Notes under the pieces: model-generated
What the model saw: only the letters and a program-made list of their open reading frames with translations
Databases searched by the model: none
Told to the model about the DNA's origin: nothing
Position numbers and translations under genes: made by a program
Source of the DNA: Candidatus Bathyarchaeota archaeon
GTDB lineage: Archaea; Thermoproteota; Bathyarchaeia; 40CM-2-53-6
Assembly (NCBI GenBank): GCA_963833125.1
Contig: CAWHWX010000016.1
Coordinates: 160,001-224,000 of the forward strand
DNA length: 64,000 nt
Direction of reading: 5' to 3'
In this document: piece by piece, positions 61,778-64,000 of the stretch
Layout: each line of letters starts with the position of its first letter
Position numbering within the stretch: position 1 is the first letter of the stretch

Positions 61778-62992
61778 CTATCGTTTCAGCTCCTCTGGCG
61801 GTTTTAGCCTTCGGAAACTTCCATAGATGAGGGCGTCATAGACTAGTTTCAACATTCCCGCCGCGAAAAGCGGCGTGCCGATCCAAACGTTGGCCATAGC
61901 GTAGCCGGCTAGGGAGGGGCTAATTGATTGTGAGATACTTCGTGAGACGTTTGTGAGGCCAGCAGCAGGAGTTCTATCCGATTCATCAACGACCGCCATA
62001 ACATAAGATTGCCGCGTGGGGACATCCATCTGCGAGAGGGATTGTCTACAAAAAAGCAACAACACACCTCCAATCGCACTCGGCGCGAACGGAACACTCG
62101 CTAGCAAAACGTTCGATGGGATGTGACTGTAAACCATCGTCTTCAAAAGGCCCAACCGCCTTGCGATTCGTTCCGCAGCCAGGAATGAGAACGCGGTGAT
62201 AATTTGAGTTCCAAAAAAGATCAACCCGAGAACTGAGTCGTTTAGTCCAAACCTCAAATAGAAATAATAAGCCAGAATGCTCTGGCCGATCAACCCGCCC
62301 CCGAACGCGTCTATCGCGAAGAGTCCTGCCAATTTTTGGACTATAGGCTTGGACTTCTCAGATAGTACGGCATGTTTCTTCGCCGCGTTCTTGAGTTCAA
62401 CTTTCTTCGACAACCTGGAATAGAGCAAGCTACCAACGAGGCCGGAGGCTAAGTAAGCAGCGAATAGTGGTCGATATCCAACTGCCCCCGTTCCTATGTA
62501 TTGGGACAGACCGGACATCAAAGCTCCAACCGCTGACGCCCCGTAGCCCACTAGGTTGTAGACCGTGAACGCCAAGGTTCGGTGCTTTGAGTCACATGTC
62601 TGCGGTATGATCGCTTGTTCTATACTAAGGAAGGGGCCAACTTCGCCCGCACCAACCGTCATGTTCCCAACGATTCCAGCGATGATGGGAGCCCACCAAG
62701 CGGCGGACAAAAACAAAACGGACCCGGCTATGAAGTCCATCAATGCGAAAATAATGAGCGTTCGCTTTCGTCCGAACCTATCTGCGACGAAACTTATTCC
62801 TAAAGTGTAGACTGCGCTAGTGAAGACGGTGATAGTGAGTACGACGCCTATTGCAAAAGGTTGGAACCCAAGTTGGGCCATGTAAACTCCGAATATCACT
62901 CCGAGAAACCCATAAGGTATCGTGCGGACGACTTTCTCGATGAAAATTAGTTTGCCATCTCTGTCGAGCCATTTGGAATCCAAAAAAATCAC
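61778..62992 (-). CDS. MFS transporter (ChrB-associated type)
   Basis: ADRFGRKR, EVGPFLSIEQA, DAFGGG, MVYSHIPSN and SQMDVPTRQSY. Confidence 0.9.
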   Translation of the reverse strand: MIFLDSKWLDRDGKLIFIEKVVRTIPYGFLGVIFGVYMAQLGFQPFAIGVVLTITVFTSAVYTLGISFVADRFGRKRTLIIFALMDFIAGSVLFLSAAWWAPIIAGIVGNMTVGAGEVGPFLSIEQAIIPQTCDSKHRTLAFTVYNLVGYGASAVGALMSGLSQYIGTGAVGYRPLFAAYLASGLVGSLLYSRLSKKVELKNAAKKHAVLSEKSKPIVQKLAGLFAIDAFGGGLIGQSILAYYFYLRFGLNDSVLGLIFFGTQIITAFSFLAAERIARRLGLLKTMVYSHIPSNVLLASVPFAPSAIGGVLLLFCRQSLSQMDVPTRQSYVMAVVDESDRTPAAGLTNVSRSISQSISPSLAGYAMANVWIGTPLFAAGMLKLVYDALIYGSFRRLKPPEELKR

Positions 62993-63034
62993 ATTTCTTG
63001 AGAACGTGTATCACTTCTTCCCCAGCATCAGTTT

Positions 63035-63487
63035 CTATTCGCTAGAGCCTTTTTGCAATCTTAGTTCACAATGCTTGTAGAGCCCGTCGTATAACGGAAA
63101 TTGCAGTTTCATGTTTTCGAAGTCGTCGTGGGAGATTTCCCTAAACCCTTCTGCAGCTGCTTCTAGGCCCGCGGACTCTGCAGCAGGTTCTCGTATCTTT
63201 GCGTCCGCCCCTCGGACTATATTTGCAAGTTCTCTTAGGGCCGGATCGATGAGATTGTATTTTCGCATTATCGCGTCGAAACTAACATATTCCTTTCCAT
63301 CTTCCTGGTAATGAGTTAACTCCACACCTTGCGCGTCAAACGGGATGGCGCCTTCGGTATTGGCTACCTCCTGCACTTTATCCTTCGGAACGAAGAGAAA
63401 CTGCGCTTTTTCATCAACGAAATGTGTTATCAGCCATGGACAAGCGATTCTATCGACTTTTGCTTTCTCACGAGTGACCCACTTCAT
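63035..63487 (-). CDS. Chromate-resistance protein ChrB C-terminal-domain protein
   Basis: MKWVTRE..KVDRIACPWLI..FVD..A.FLFV, PFD, SFD, IVRGAD and YD.LY. Confidence 0.88.
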   Translation of the reverse strand: MKWVTREKAKVDRIACPWLITHFVDEKAQFLFVPKDKVQEVANTEGAIPFDAQGVELTHYQEDGKEYVSFDAIMRKYNLIDPALRELANIVRGADAKIREPAAESAGLEAAAEGFREISHDDFENMKLQFPLYDGLYKHCELRLQKGSSE

Positions 63488-63583
63488 TAGGGATACAACC
63501 GCGCCTGACGCGCACACGTGTGTGATTTAAGTAGAAGCTTTTGTGTTCCCGTCTTCCATAGCTTTCAGTAAGTCTCTGGAGAG

Positions 63584-64000
63584 TTGGAAATGAGTTCCCC
63601 GTTGAAATCGTCTTCATACATTTTGGTGGTTATCGAACGGGGGCAAGTAGCCGATGTAGTGCGAACGGTGAAGGAGATACCACAGGTCGAGGAGGGGGCA
63701 CTTCTCCTCGGCAGATATGACCTTCTAGTACGCGTCGGGCATTATGATAGAACCGGTCTGTACAAGGTTGTTTCAGAAATTCGCTCCATGCAGGGTATAA
63801 AATCCACAAGCACGCATATTCCATTTGAGGGCTTCACTAAAGAATATGTCGTCGATGAGAATGACGCTTTGGCAATTTCTCTCCTGCGCTCCCAAGGTTC
63901 GCTGCCGACGGTTCTCTCCCAGTTGAAGGAGCTTACGTCATGTTGTAGAAGGACACATAATTCCCGGCGATTGGGATCTGCTCCTGATTCTACATAGCAA
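63584..64000 (+). CDS. Lrp/AsnC ligand-binding (RAM) tandem-domain protein, partial, frameshift near 63940
   Basis: YILV, IPQVEE...LLGRYDLLVRV and IRSMQGIKSTST; a second repeat begins before the window end. Confidence 0.75.

Noticed and set aside
645-63824. Numerous short antisense or overlapping ORFs in the ORF track
   Set aside because: They are shadows of well-supported genes and carry no motifs.
10482-63997. More than a dozen split genes (oxidoreductase alpha/beta, smc, pepF, ABCE1, GTs, thermosome, NTase, SNF2, Lrp) as pseudogenes or programmed frameshifts
   Set aside because: They hit essential genes, mostly as single extra bases with no shared slippery motif and no other decay. Uncorrected long-read assembly error is the simplest explanation; read polishing would confirm.
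1-64000. CRISPR array, rRNA operon, intact transposon or provirus
   Set aside because: No regularly spaced repeats, rRNA signatures, full transposase, or capsid/integrase genes were seen.

Overview
Gene-dense archaeal chromosomal segment. The lineage is inferred to be TACK, most likely Bathyarchaeia, from Smc-ScpA-ScpB together with multi-intron BHB tRNAs, AbrB-PhoU paralogs and frequent TTG starts. Contents from left to right: (1) an energy and amino-acid fermentation region with A-ATPase subunit I, a CBS+HPF-like hibernation factor, acdA, hypA/hypB, hypC+DUF6390-like, an MFS transporter, a four-subunit 2-oxoacid:ferredoxin oxidoreductase, an aminotransferase and two AbrB-PhoU regulators; (2) housekeeping genes (moeA, srp19, rps8e, scpB/scpA/smc, uppS, mtnP, acdB, GPN GTPase, pepF, cinA-like, ABCE1, asparaginase, sua5, THUMP, cgi121, PRTase), with a small DDE-integrase relic and cargo genes after scpB; (3) an uncharacterised cell-surface glycosylation cluster at 38.6-48.3 kb; (4) a proteostasis block (presenilin-like, archaemetzincin, beta-CASP nuclease, PAC2, thermosome); (5) a bacterial-looking tail (asnA, LonC-type protease, SNF2 helicase, MFS+ChrB). 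Features missed by the ORF track and found by reading: three intron-containing tRNAs, two of them with three introns each including acceptor/D-stem junction introns at 8/9 and 10/11; a dual-guide C/D box sRNA; a 30-aa acidic Trp-repeat microprotein upstream of ABCE1; and an unexplained ~165-nt structured element between smc and uppS. More than a dozen genes, several essential, carry frameshifts that are best explained as assembly errors.
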